IMG/VR virus record: IMGVR_UViG_3300038406_000153
Location: 1 to 57,961 of that record
Reading direction: 5' to 3' (one strand)
Source: a virus
Lineage: Duplodnaviria > Caudoviricetes
DNA: 57,961 nucleotides
Positions within the stretch are counted from its first letter, which is position 1; every line of letters begins with the position of its first letter. Under the pieces are notes generated by a model, which was not told the origin of the DNA, searched no databases, and was given only the letters and a program-made list of their open reading frames with translations. A program made the position numbers and the translations under genes. Below, one piece after another: positions 27,141-35,051 of the stretch.

Positions 27141-27521
27141 GTGAGCGCAGACGAGCTAGAACCCAGCGGATTCGGCCAGTACCTGGACGGCCTGCTGAAG
27201 CTCGCCAAACTCTCTAACGCAGACGTAGACCGGATGACCGGCATCCACCACAGCATCATCGCCAAATGGCGCACCAGTAAAACCAGTCCATCCATGGACC
27301 GGCTGCGTCCACTGGCCGATGCTCTCGGAATCCCCAGGGTCATAATGTTCATTCGCGCCGGCCTGATGGAGGCCGAGGACGTGAACATTTCCCAACTGGC
27401 TCTTGATATCGATGAGGCTTTGGCGCGGACCCCGGAACCAAAACGCGCCACTATGGAGGCCCATCTTCGGTTCGTCCTCGATGGGATGCACCGTGGCAAT
27501 GATGACCGCCGCACCTACTAG
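27141..27521 (+). CDS. Immunity repressor (XRE HTH), probably leaderless
   Basis: FGQYLD..LSNADVDRMTGIHHSIIAKW..PSMDRLRPLADALG; TAGAGT -10 just upstream. Confidence 0.8.
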   Translation: MSADELEPSGFGQYLDGLLKLAKLSNADVDRMTGIHHSIIAKWRTSKTSPSMDRLRPLADALGIPRVIMFIRAGLMEAEDVNISQLALDIDEALARTPEPKRATMEAHLRFVLDGMHRGNDDRRTY

Positions 27522-27659
27522 CAGTCAGAACGTTTAGCTAGCCTGTCTAAACCGGATGGCCGATCCTGCTCCCATGCGTCACAGTGGAAAATAGAGTAAC
27601 AACCGGCGTACCGTGGGATTAGCCTTGCCTACTATGGAGTAGGCGGGAGAGGTATCCCC

Positions 27660-28103
27660 ATGCGACCAACAAAAATCCCGACCCTTGTCATCATCCTGAC
27701 GCCCATCTGCATCGCCCTTTTCGTGGGCATGGCCGTCGCTGAACTCATCTGTATCGCAGTAGGCCACCCCGTGCCCATAGCCGCCCGACAATGGGTTCTG
27801 ACCATCGCCATCACCAGCACCATCCTGACAAGCCTACTGTGGAAAGTCCGGGCTATCGCCGACATTCAAACCCAGCTCGACCGGAATCACGCGATCCTTC
27901 AATCCTATGCGCAGCACGGAAACTCGGAACAATTGACGGAGGATCTGCGCGACATCATCCACGCAGAGGTACACACCGAATTGCACACCGAGCTGCCGTC
28001 TGCCGTGTCCCGGGCTATGGAACCGACACTTGTGGCGATCCGCGACGCCAGCCACTTCGGGAATTTCAACCCCGTAACACCAATCAACTCTAGAAAGGAC
28101 TGA
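27660..28103 (+). CDS. Membrane protein (two TM)
   Basis: Hydrophobic N-terminus; GAGAGG RBS; lies between repressor and integrase. Confidence 0.75.
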   Translation: MRPTKIPTLVIILTPICIALFVGMAVAELICIAVGHPVPIAARQWVLTIAITSTILTSLLWKVRAIADIQTQLDRNHAILQSYAQHGNSEQLTEDLRDIIHAEVHTELHTELPSAVSRAMEPTLVAIRDASHFGNFNPVTPINSRKD

Positions 28104-28107
28104 TGCT

Positions 28108-29763
28108 ATGGGACGCAAACCCGCAGCTCGTGAACCCGTATCCAAAATCTATTGGAGCAACTACGACCATCAACACCACTGCTGGGTCAACATGCACCGG
28201 CCCCGCCCAGACGGCAAACCCGACCGCCGACACCTACGCAACAAAGACCGAGACAAACTGATCGCCGCCGTCCTGGAACTGGAAGACCTCCGGGATGCCG
28301 GGATCGTTCCACCCAAGGGCCGCCGGCAGCGCGCCGAGAAATGGATGCGGTTCTGGATGGGGGAGATCGCACCCATCCGAGCCGGGTACAGCACGATGGA
28401 GATCCGGAAATGGGCTGTCAACCTGTACCTGATTCCCAGGCTCGGCAGGCACTGGTTGGACGAAATAGCGACCGGCCACATTGAGGTCATGTACTCCGAC
28501 CTGGATCAGGAGGGATTGTCTGCCAACTCGATCGGGCTGATTCACGAAACGTTGGTGATGCTCCTCAACAAGGCGAAAGATCATGCCTTCCTCAGGGGAG
28601 ACAATCCGGCAGTGAACGCCGATAGACCGGTTGTCGTGGAAACCGAAGTGGAACCGCTCGACGGCGCCGACACCATCAAGTTCCTCATCGAGGCATCCAA
28701 GCGGCGGAACTTTCTGCGGTGGGTGCTGGGGTTTCTCGGGAACCGGCAAGGCGAATGCCTGGGGAGCCGCTGGAGCGACCTTGAAAACGACGAGTGGCTG
28801 AACATTCAAGCCAAAGTGCAACGACGCAAATACCAGCACGGTTGTGGCGACCCGAAAACGTGCGCGGCGAAACACTGCCACACTAAGCCGTGCGAAGGGC
28901 CGTGGCGGCACGGCTGCGATGACCCGCGATCGTGCGCAAAACGGCACTGCAATCGTCCCAGCTATCCCAGTGACGCCAAACGGGGTATCCGTCGAAAACC
29001 GTGCCCCCCGGGCTGTACGGGCCATGAGCGGGGCTGCCCAGATCGATACCGCGGGCCGTGCCCGAAGAAGCGGCACAAGGCATGTCCGCCGTTGTGTAAA
29101 CCGGGTTGTGTCGGGCACGCGAAAGCCTGCCCGCAGCGCATCGGCGGGGTCCTGCTGATTGAGCCCGAGCAGGCTGAAGTGTCCACGGAGGATGATAAGC
29201 CTCGCCGTAAAGGGGCCAGGCGGCGAACAAAACGACGCAAGGCCACGGTCACGAAAACCAACGCCGGCACCCGACGCCAAGCCATCCCGTCGGTGTTCAA
29301 ACCCATCATTGCCACCCACCGGCTACAGCAAGAGGCCGAACGTGCCGCCGCGGGCAGCAAGTGGGTGGAGAACGGTCTGATCATCTGCGACGAGTTCGGC
29401 CGACCCATTGATCGGTCTAAGGACTGGTCGGAATGGGCCGACATTCTGGAGGTCGCCGGTATCGAGCATTTGCCGCTGCACGGTTTGCGGCATGGCGCGG
29501 CGTCGTTCCTGCTGGCGTTGGGTGTGGACCGGCGGATCGTCATGGACATCCTGGGGTGGAAGGACGAACGGATGCTGCTGCGGTACCAGCACGTAGCCGA
29601 CGAGCTGCGCAGGGACGCCGCTGACCTGCTGGGTTCTATCCTTCACGCCGATTCTGCAACCAATTCTGCAACCCCGGACAACGTTGTACCCCTGTTCCGG
29701 TACAAGGAGAAAGCCCCGGAACCTGATGTTTATGCAGGTCCCGAGGCTTCCTCGGTGGGGTGA
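28108..29763 (+). CDS. int: Tyrosine integrase with Cys/His-rich insertion
   Basis: NRQGE, KTNAG, HGLRH, LGW, RYQH catalytic motifs. Confidence 0.93.
   Translation: MGRKPAAREPVSKIYWSNYDHQHHCWVNMHRPRPDGKPDRRHLRNKDRDKLIAAVLELEDLRDAGIVPPKGRRQRAEKWMRFWMGEIAPIRAGYSTMEIRKWAVNLYLIPRLGRHWLDEIATGHIEVMYSDLDQEGLSANSIGLIHETLVMLLNKAKDHAFLRGDNPAVNADRPVVVETEVEPLDGADTIKFLIEASKRRNFLRWVLGFLGNRQGECLGSRWSDLENDEWLNIQAKVQRRKYQHGCGDPKTCAAKHCHTKPCEGPWRHGCDDPRSCAKRHCNRPSYPSDAKRGIRRKPCPPGCTGHERGCPDRYRGPCPKKRHKACPPLCKPGCVGHAKACPQRIGGVLLIEPEQAEVSTEDDKPRRKGARRRTKRRKATVTKTNAGTRRQAIPSVFKPIIATHRLQQEAERAAAGSKWVENGLIICDEFGRPIDRSKDWSEWADILEVAGIEHLPLHGLRHGAASFLLALGVDRRIVMDILGWKDERMLLRYQHVADELRRDAADLLGSILHADSATNSATPDNVVPLFRYKEKAPEPDVYAGPEASSVG
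29651..29673 (+). repeat. Integrase arm-type sites (left pair)
   Basis: ATTCTGCAACC x2 with 12-bp period. Confidence 0.7.
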
Positions 29764-29800
29764 GTGACGGGACTTGAACCCGCGACATCCTGGACCACAA
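29756..29800 (-). other. attP core = 3' half of tRNA-His(GUG)
   Basis: TTGTGGTCCAGGATGTCGCGGGTTCAAGTCCCGTCACTCACCCCA: anticodon loop, T arm, acceptor strand, CCA. Confidence 0.9.
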
Positions 29801-29811
29801 ACATGTGGGAA

Positions 29812-29883
29812 CTGTGAGTGTGAGTGAGCGTCTGTGAGTCTGTTTGAGGGATGACCAGCGAATACACTCACTCACACTCACAG
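29812..29883. repeat. Perfect 17-bp inverted repeat and TGAG array in attP
   Basis: CTGTGAGTGTGAGTGAG (29812-29828) / CTCACTCACACTCACAG (29867-29883). Confidence 0.75.
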
Positions 29884-29917
29884 GGACTCATTGACGCTCA
29901 CAGAGGCTCAACGGGGG

Positions 29918-29940
29918 ATTGTGCAACCGAATCTGCACCC
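29918..29940 (+). repeat. Integrase arm-type sites (right pair)
   Basis: ATTGTGCAACC and AATCTGCACCC with 12-bp period. Confidence 0.65.
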
Positions 29941-30507
29941 GAAAGTTAGGGTATTTCAATGACTGGGTTGGCACCTTTGGCCCTAGCCACAGCAATACTG
30001 ATGGCGTATACAGAGAGTAGCCCCCGACCTGGGTACCGTGGGAACGATGGCTGGGCCGGGGGCCTCGATCTGGCCAGCCCCAGACGATCATTGTCGGCTA
30101 TCCGACAGTTCAGCACAACCCCTCTGTAGGGACAGATTGTGTTCGCTTTTGGACCCCGCCGAGTGGCAATGGCTGGATTGCCGTATCCCGGCGAGGCCGT
30201 TGACGGACCGGCACCTCTCTAGCCCGGGTGCCGGTCCGGGTCTACATATCGGACAACGAGTCCGTCTGGATGGGGTTATGCCGTGCAGGGGGCTGGAATT
30301 TCAGATAGTGATAACACTGCACTGGCCAGCAGCCACACCGTGTACGTGATCCACGCGCCGAGCTGGAAGACCTCGCTCCAGCTATGTAATGCGACATACG
30401 CATAAAACCTCCACAATTAGGGGGACGGCCGCCATCGGGGGCGAGACGGCCGTCCCATCGGGCGAATAAAGTTCCTGCTCGGCCCCTCCGTGCGGGGCCG
30501 AGCGTGC

Positions 30508-30684
30508 TCATAGTCCGATCACGGTAAGGATGCCGGGGTACACCGCGATCACGGCCACAGCGAGGATTCCCAGCGCCCACAGTCCCGCTTTGACTTGCCA
30601 CCGCCAGTTGGGGCTGGCTTTCCACAAGATCGTGGCGACCACGCAGATGACACCGACGGCGATGGCGATCGATTTCTCATCCAT
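30508..30684 (-). CDS. Small two-TM membrane protein
   Basis: MDEKSIAIAVGVICVVATILW..AGLWALGILAVAVIAVY. Confidence 0.75.
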   Translation of the reverse strand: MDEKSIAIAVGVICVVATILWKASPNWRWQVKAGLWALGILAVAVIAVYPGILTVIGL

Positions 30685-30886
30685 GACACGGCCCGGGAGA
30701 AGAACAGTCGGGGCATGGCTGGGTTGCTGGCCGCGGCCCACCACCGCAGCGACAGCGGGTCCACGAGGCGGCTATCCGGTCAGGCCGGGCAATGGTCGCC
30801 ACCGGTGCGGCCGCCGGTTCCAGCTGAGTATGGAGACCATCCAGGAACCGTCGCGCCAGCGCGGTGAATGCCGGATGCCGGATCAT
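30677..30886 (-). CDS. Cys-rich small protein
   Basis: GGAGG RBS; CRC..CPDC. Confidence 0.55.
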   Translation of the reverse strand: MIRHPAFTALARRFLDGLHTQLEPAAAPVATIARPDRIAASWTRCRCGGGPRPATQPCPDCSSPGPCHG

Positions 30887-31047
30887 GACCGGACCTCCTG
30901 CGACAGGATCGAATCCGCCAGGTGCCGCCGCGGGCACGGATGCAAAACGGGCTGCCGATAGTGCCGTGTGCACCAGACGCACAGCTTGTCATCGTCGGGT
31001 ACGTGGATACGTTGCAGCCATTGGCATTGCTGCTCGAATATGTTCAC
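30883..31047 (-). CDS. Zn-finger mini-protein
   Basis: HVP..CVWC..HPCP; coupled GTG start. Confidence 0.65.
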   Translation of the reverse strand: MNIFEQQCQWLQRIHVPDDDKLCVWCTRHYRQPVLHPCPRRHLADSILSQEVRS

Positions 31048-31214
31048 GACCGGGCCACCTCTCGCAGCCGCTCCACAGCGGGGCACGGCCACCACACCCG
31101 GCTGTCGCGGTCGCGACTGCATGCGGCGCAGAATTCGTGCGTCCAGCCGTCCGGCGAGTGCCCGCCGTCGTATGGCGTCGTCTGCTGCTTCTGTTTTCTC
31201 GTCTGCTTCTTCAT
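31044..31214 (-). CDS. Zn-finger mini-protein
   Basis: HSP..CAAC..WPCP. Confidence 0.65.
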   Translation of the reverse strand: MKKQTRKQKQQTTPYDGGHSPDGWTHEFCAACSRDRDSRVWWPCPAVERLREVARS

Positions 31215-31414
31215 TGGTCGCACTCCCTGGCCTGCTCGATAGCGCCCTGGCACGGCCAACCCTGGTTGCACAGCATGCACAGCAGCCGCGACCAGTTCGG
31301 TTGATGCAGTTCCTCATCGGGCAGATTCTCCGTGCCGGGCGCCTCGGTGGGCGAGAGATCCGCGGCGCGCGGTTTCAGGTGCCAGCCAGCTATCCTGAGT
31401 TTCGGCTCATCCAT
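31211..31414 (-). CDS. Zn-finger mini-protein
   Basis: HQP..CMLC..WPC. Confidence 0.6.
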   Translation of the reverse strand: MDEPKLRIAGWHLKPRAADLSPTEAPGTENLPDEELHQPNWSRLLCMLCNQGWPCQGAIEQARECDQ

Positions 31415-31599
31415 GGCGATTCCAATCTCTGGATGGGTGGGGCGGCCCAGTTGCTTGGAGGCGATGGGCCGCCCCTTTTTCGTGGGCCACGTCCTGCCCA
31501 CAACTCCGACGTTATGTGACTGATACCTCAGTGTGAAGAGTTACCGCGTTCCGCGTTATGCTGCCTATGTTTCGCAGCCCTCGATTTGCTGGAGATCCC

Positions 31600-32430
31600 A
31601 TGTCAACTCAAGCGCCCACGCTCGCCAGACTCGCTCTCGGCCAGATGCTCGTCAGCCTCCGCGAGGCTGCCGGATTGGACAGGGCCGAGGTTGCAATAGA
31701 AATGGATGTTCACCCCGATACCGTGCGGCGCTGGGAAACCGGCGAACACGGCATGAAGAAACCAGTCGTCCGCGACATAGCACGGCTCTACAATGCAACA
31801 TCATCTCAAACCATTCGCATGACCACACTGGCCGAACAATCCAAGCAGCGCGGAGCGGTGGAGCGGTATCCAGGTGGCGCGTCGCCGGAGTTCCGAATGT
31901 TCGCCGACTTCGAGCCGACCGCGACTCAGATCCTCTCCTATGAACCGGAGTACGTGCCGGGGCTCCTCCAGACCCCCGAATATCTCAAGGCGATCCATCA
32001 GGCGCAATTGTCTGACCAGACACCCAAGCCGGAGGCGGTGCATCAGCTGCGAACTTCCCGGCACGAAACCATGTTCAGCCGCGACAACCTGCCTGAATTG
32101 AGGTTCGTCATCGGCGTGGCGGCGATGATCTATCTTGACGCGCTTCCGCATGAAGTGCGCACCGAGCAACTCGCCCATTTGCGGAAACTAGGCGCACTGG
32201 CATCAGTAGAGATCCGGGTCATCACCGTTATGCATCCAGGGATGAACGGGGGCTTCACCATCATGACCCCCGCCGACGGGATGCTTTCCGCGAACCGCTT
32301 TGCTTACATCGAGGCACAGGACATCTGCCGGTACGTCGAAACGGCAGAGACGGTGTCTATCTATGATCAGATTTTTCGCTCGGTCTGGGACCGGGCCATA
32401 CCGCTAGAGGAGTACATCAATGGCCGGTGA
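31600..32430 (+). CDS. XRE HTH-DUF5753 regulator (WhiJ/Scr1-like)
   Basis: HTH TVRRWETG; YEPEYVPGLLQTPEY; HPGMNGGFTI; AYIE. Confidence 0.9.
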   Translation: MSTQAPTLARLALGQMLVSLREAAGLDRAEVAIEMDVHPDTVRRWETGEHGMKKPVVRDIARLYNATSSQTIRMTTLAEQSKQRGAVERYPGGASPEFRMFADFEPTATQILSYEPEYVPGLLQTPEYLKAIHQAQLSDQTPKPEAVHQLRTSRHETMFSRDNLPELRFVIGVAAMIYLDALPHEVRTEQLAHLRKLGALASVEIRVITVMHPGMNGGFTIMTPADGMLSANRFAYIEAQDICRYVETAETVSIYDQIFRSVWDRAIPLEEYINGR

Positions 32431-32596
32431 GTGGCGCAAGTCAAGCCGCAGCCAAGGCAGCGGCAACAACTGCGTCGAAACTCGGGTGTTCGATGGTGCG
32501 CCGCAGGTCCGGGATAGCAAGATGGGCGATGCCTCGCCCATCTTGCAATTGTCCCGCTCCGATTTCGCGGCCCTGTTGGACAGCGTTAACAACTAG
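32420..32596 (+). CDS. DUF397 protein (58 aa, not in ORF track)
   Basis: MAGEWRKSSRSQGSGNNCVE..VRDSKMGDASPIL. Confidence 0.92.
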   Translation: MAGEWRKSSRSQGSGNNCVETRVFDGAPQVRDSKMGDASPILQLSRSDFAALLDSVNN

Positions 32597-32606
32597 ACAC
32601 AACAAT

Positions 32607-32637
32607 AGCGGGGCGCTCCATCTCGGAGTGCCCCGCT
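32607..32637 (+). terminator. Hairpin after DUF397
   Basis: AGCGGGGCGCTCC-ATCTC-GGAGTGCCCCGCT. Confidence 0.6.
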
Positions 32638-32689
32638 TGCTACGCCTGACGGATACCGGGGAATCAACCGAAGTGATGACCCGCCCCCC

Positions 32690-32718
32690 TTGCCGCACCC
32701 TAATTTAGGGCGTATAGT
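32690..32718 (+). promoter_or_regulatory. Strong promoter with palindromic operator in its spacer
   Basis: TTGCCG-N17-TATAGT; CCCTAA-T-TTAGGG at 32698-32710. Confidence 0.8.
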
Positions 32719-32772
32719 TGGCGTTACGAGGTCAGGGAAACAGTCCCAGACCCAACCGGAAGGACCCGGATC

Positions 32773-33084
32773 ATGAACACCCACTTCACCGCCTGGCTCG
32801 TCAACGACACCTCCGCCCTGGAGACCGCCGCCTGCGACATCACCATCCTCCAAGATGAGATCAACGGTTACCGCACCGACGATGAAGGCAACGAGACCAC
32901 CCCCGAATGGACTTCCACCGACACTCAGATGTTCCACGCCGTCACCACTGTGGATGCCAAGGAAGGCGACATCAATGACGCCATCACCGAGGCCACCGAC
33001 CTGATGTCCAAGGCGGGATGGACGACCGTCGGCGACTGGGAAGCCGTCGACATCGCCTACGTCATCACCGTCGAGCGCAACTAG
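32773..33084 (+). CDS. Small acidic protein, candidate anti-CRISPR/anti-defence
   Basis: 103 aa, 21 D/E vs 4 K/R; first gene of an operon with an Aca2-like HTH. Confidence 0.6.
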   Translation: MNTHFTAWLVNDTSALETAACDITILQDEINGYRTDDEGNETTPEWTSTDTQMFHAVTTVDAKEGDINDAITEATDLMSKAGWTTVGDWEAVDIAYVITVERN

Positions 33085-33141
33085 CAGCAACCGACCGCGC
33101 CCCAGCTGAACACTGGGGCGCGCCACTATCAGGAGGCCACC

Positions 33142-33546
33142 ATGGAACACACCGACCCGCCCGGCATGCCAGAAGACGAACGCATGACCGCCGCCGAGTT
33201 CCGTGTGGTCCGAGAATTCCTCGGCCTCACCGGTGACTGGCTGGCCGGGCACTTCGGAGTCGACCCGCGCACCGTCAGATCATGGGAACAGGGCCGGTAT
33301 CCGATACCGGACGGCATCCGCATCGGTATGGAGAACCTGGAGCAGCAGACCGGGACATTCATCGGCGGAGTCGTCGGGCAGATCATGGACATCCCTGAAC
33401 CGACCGTCATCACGTACCGGACCGACGCTGACTATCACGAGGCCCACCCGGAGGTCGATTTCCCGGCATCCTGGCACCGGGCTGTGGTTGCCCGCATCGC
33501 GCTGGAAGTGCCGGGTCTGGCAATCGACTACCCCCAAGAGACCTAA
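33142..33546 (+). CDS. Aca2/YdiL (DUF1870)-like HTH regulator
   Basis: MTAAEFRVVREFLGLT..LA..V.PRTVRSWEQG..PIPDG..YRTDADY..WHRAVVARI; AGGAGG RBS. Confidence 0.75.
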   Translation: MEHTDPPGMPEDERMTAAEFRVVREFLGLTGDWLAGHFGVDPRTVRSWEQGRYPIPDGIRIGMENLEQQTGTFIGGVVGQIMDIPEPTVITYRTDADYHEAHPEVDFPASWHRAVVARIALEVPGLAIDYPQET

Positions 33547-33554
33547 GGAGTCGC

Positions 33555-33860
33555 ATGACACCCCGCTTGATAACGGCATTCGGTGAAACTAAGCACCTAG
33601 CCGAATGGACGCGCGATCCCCGGTGCACGATTGCGGATCGAACTTTGCTGGGGCGATTGAATACCGGATGGCCACCTGAGAAAGCAATTACCGAACCGGC
33701 GAGAGTAGGCAAGAACGTCTACGCATTCGGTGAGTGGAAGACGATTCTTCAGTGGGTCCAGGACTCTCGGTGCCCGATCACTAAATCGACACTGCAACGT
33801 CGCCTTAGGCGGGGATGGCGCGCCGAGGACGCAATCACCTACCCATCGACTACCAAATAA
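33555..33860 (+). CDS. Tandem-repeat DNA-binding protein (homing-endonuclease-type repeat)
   Basis: Two copies of AFGExK..W..DxRC.I...TL..RL..GW..E.AIT.P. Confidence 0.65.
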   Translation: MTPRLITAFGETKHLAEWTRDPRCTIADRTLLGRLNTGWPPEKAITEPARVGKNVYAFGEWKTILQWVQDSRCPITKSTLQRRLRRGWRAEDAITYPSTTK

Positions 33861-33865
33861 CGATG

Positions 33866-33898
33866 CCGCCCCCGCTGGCCGTAGCCAGACAGGGGCGG
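33866..33898. terminator. Hairpin between convergent genes
   Basis: CCGCCCC..CTGGC CGTA GCCAG..GGGGCGG. Confidence 0.5.
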
Positions 33899-33908
33899 AA
33901 GTGCGCGG

Positions 33909-34793
33909 TTAAGTCGCTTCCACCTGGAACAAAGCTGGCTGACCGGTTTCAGCAATGACGGCCTCGTGCAGTCGTTTCCTCAGATACCGCAACCCTTCGG
34001 CGGTAACTCGCACTTGATCGCTGGCGCGGTCGAACCCCAGATTCCGGTCAGTCCACTTGGTAGCCCGGAGACAAACATGGTGCGCGTGGCGCGCATATGG
34101 AACATTGCCAGCGTCCAACAGCCCCAAGTCTCGCAGCAGCTTGAACAGCCGTTTCTGGCCAGTGGAAATATCAGGGTCGCGGTTGAGAATGTTCGCGGCT
34201 TCCCGCACCGAGTAGTCGCCCTTCGCTGACGCCAGCACATCCCAGGCGTCGGCTTTGGGTTCGGCTGTCGCCAGTGCAGTCTTGACGGCTTCGCATTCCT
34301 CCACGATCGTAGCCAGCTCCCGCAGAGCCTCGGCGTAGGACGAAGGCAACCGGTGTTCTGCGACCTCGTACTTTCCTGTGGCCCGGATCGCGGGTAGAAC
34401 TTCGTGGGTGACCCACCGTTTGAACGCGCGTGCCCCGGATGCCTTGCTGGCAACTACTAGGTCGTAGAAGCCAGGCTCAGTGATGAACCACGCTTCGGTG
34501 TTCACGCCCTCAGCGAAGTTTAGGGCGGCTCCACCTGCGGAAACATCGCGCATGTCGAACTTGTGCTTGTCTTCGTCCTCAACAAGGCGAATCGCCATGG
34601 ACGGATTGGTGTGCTCCAAAACCGCACAGACATCGGAATGGTGGATCCACCCCATGCCGTCAACAGTGATGGTGCGAATGTTCTGCTGGGTCAGTGGGTA
34701 TGTGAACCCCTGCGCTGCTGGTATCTCAGGCTCACCCGAACGTTGGGTGGGGATATGGGCCGAACCGCTGATTTGCCTGCGTGTTTGATGCAT
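33909..34793 (-). CDS. BRO-N/ANT antirepressor
   Basis: ITEPGFY..ARAFKRWVTHEVLPAIRATGKY; PSSYAEALR; EPKADAWD; RVTAEGL. Confidence 0.9.
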   Translation of the reverse strand: MHQTRRQISGSAHIPTQRSGEPEIPAAQGFTYPLTQQNIRTITVDGMGWIHHSDVCAVLEHTNPSMAIRLVEDEDKHKFDMRDVSAGGAALNFAEGVNTEAWFITEPGFYDLVVASKASGARAFKRWVTHEVLPAIRATGKYEVAEHRLPSSYAEALRELATIVEECEAVKTALATAEPKADAWDVLASAKGDYSVREAANILNRDPDISTGQKRLFKLLRDLGLLDAGNVPYARHAHHVCLRATKWTDRNLGFDRASDQVRVTAEGLRYLRKRLHEAVIAETGQPALFQVEAT

Positions 34794-35000
34794 TAGACTT
34801 CACCTCGATTGTTAGATCCCACCTAGGGCGGTAACCCGTAGGGTGGGATTTCTTATGTGCACTCGCTGGAGGGTTGGGGTTGCAGCCCCAGCCCTCCCTT
34901 TCTTGCCGCTGCGTGGCAAGGTCGGCCAGCCTAAACCTGCCTTCTCTCACTGTCGCAACCGATCCCCGAGAATCCCCAGTAGGTACCCCCAGCAACGCAC

Positions 35001-35016
35001 CGGAACTGATGTTCGA
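35001..35016 (-). promoter_or_regulatory. LexA (SOS) box-like site
   Basis: TCGAAC-ATCA-GTTCCG vs actinobacterial consensus TCGAAC-N4-GTTCGA. Confidence 0.55.
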
Positions 35017-35029
35017 TGCATCGAGGGAC

Positions 35030-35051
35030 AGCCTATACCTGTGGTGCGACA
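35030..35051 (-). promoter_or_regulatory. PafBC/RecA-NDp-type promoter
   Basis: TGTCGC-N10-TAGGCT vs consensus TGTCGG-N10-TA-N3-T. Confidence 0.55.

Noticed and set aside
29756-29800. Functional tRNA-His gene
   Set aside because: Only the 3' half is present; it is the attP core
29812-29910. CRISPR array or microsatellite from the TGAG repeats
   Set aside because: No repeat-spacer periodicity; better explained as attP accessory sites
32420-32596. Host assignment to Glycomycetaceae from the DSKxGDASPIL variant of DUF397
   Set aside because: Suggestive from memory only; needs BLAST of DUF397 and the attP core
32427-32708. ORF-track 93-aa ORF after the XRE gene
   Set aside because: Wrong frame; the real gene is DUF397 at 32420-32596
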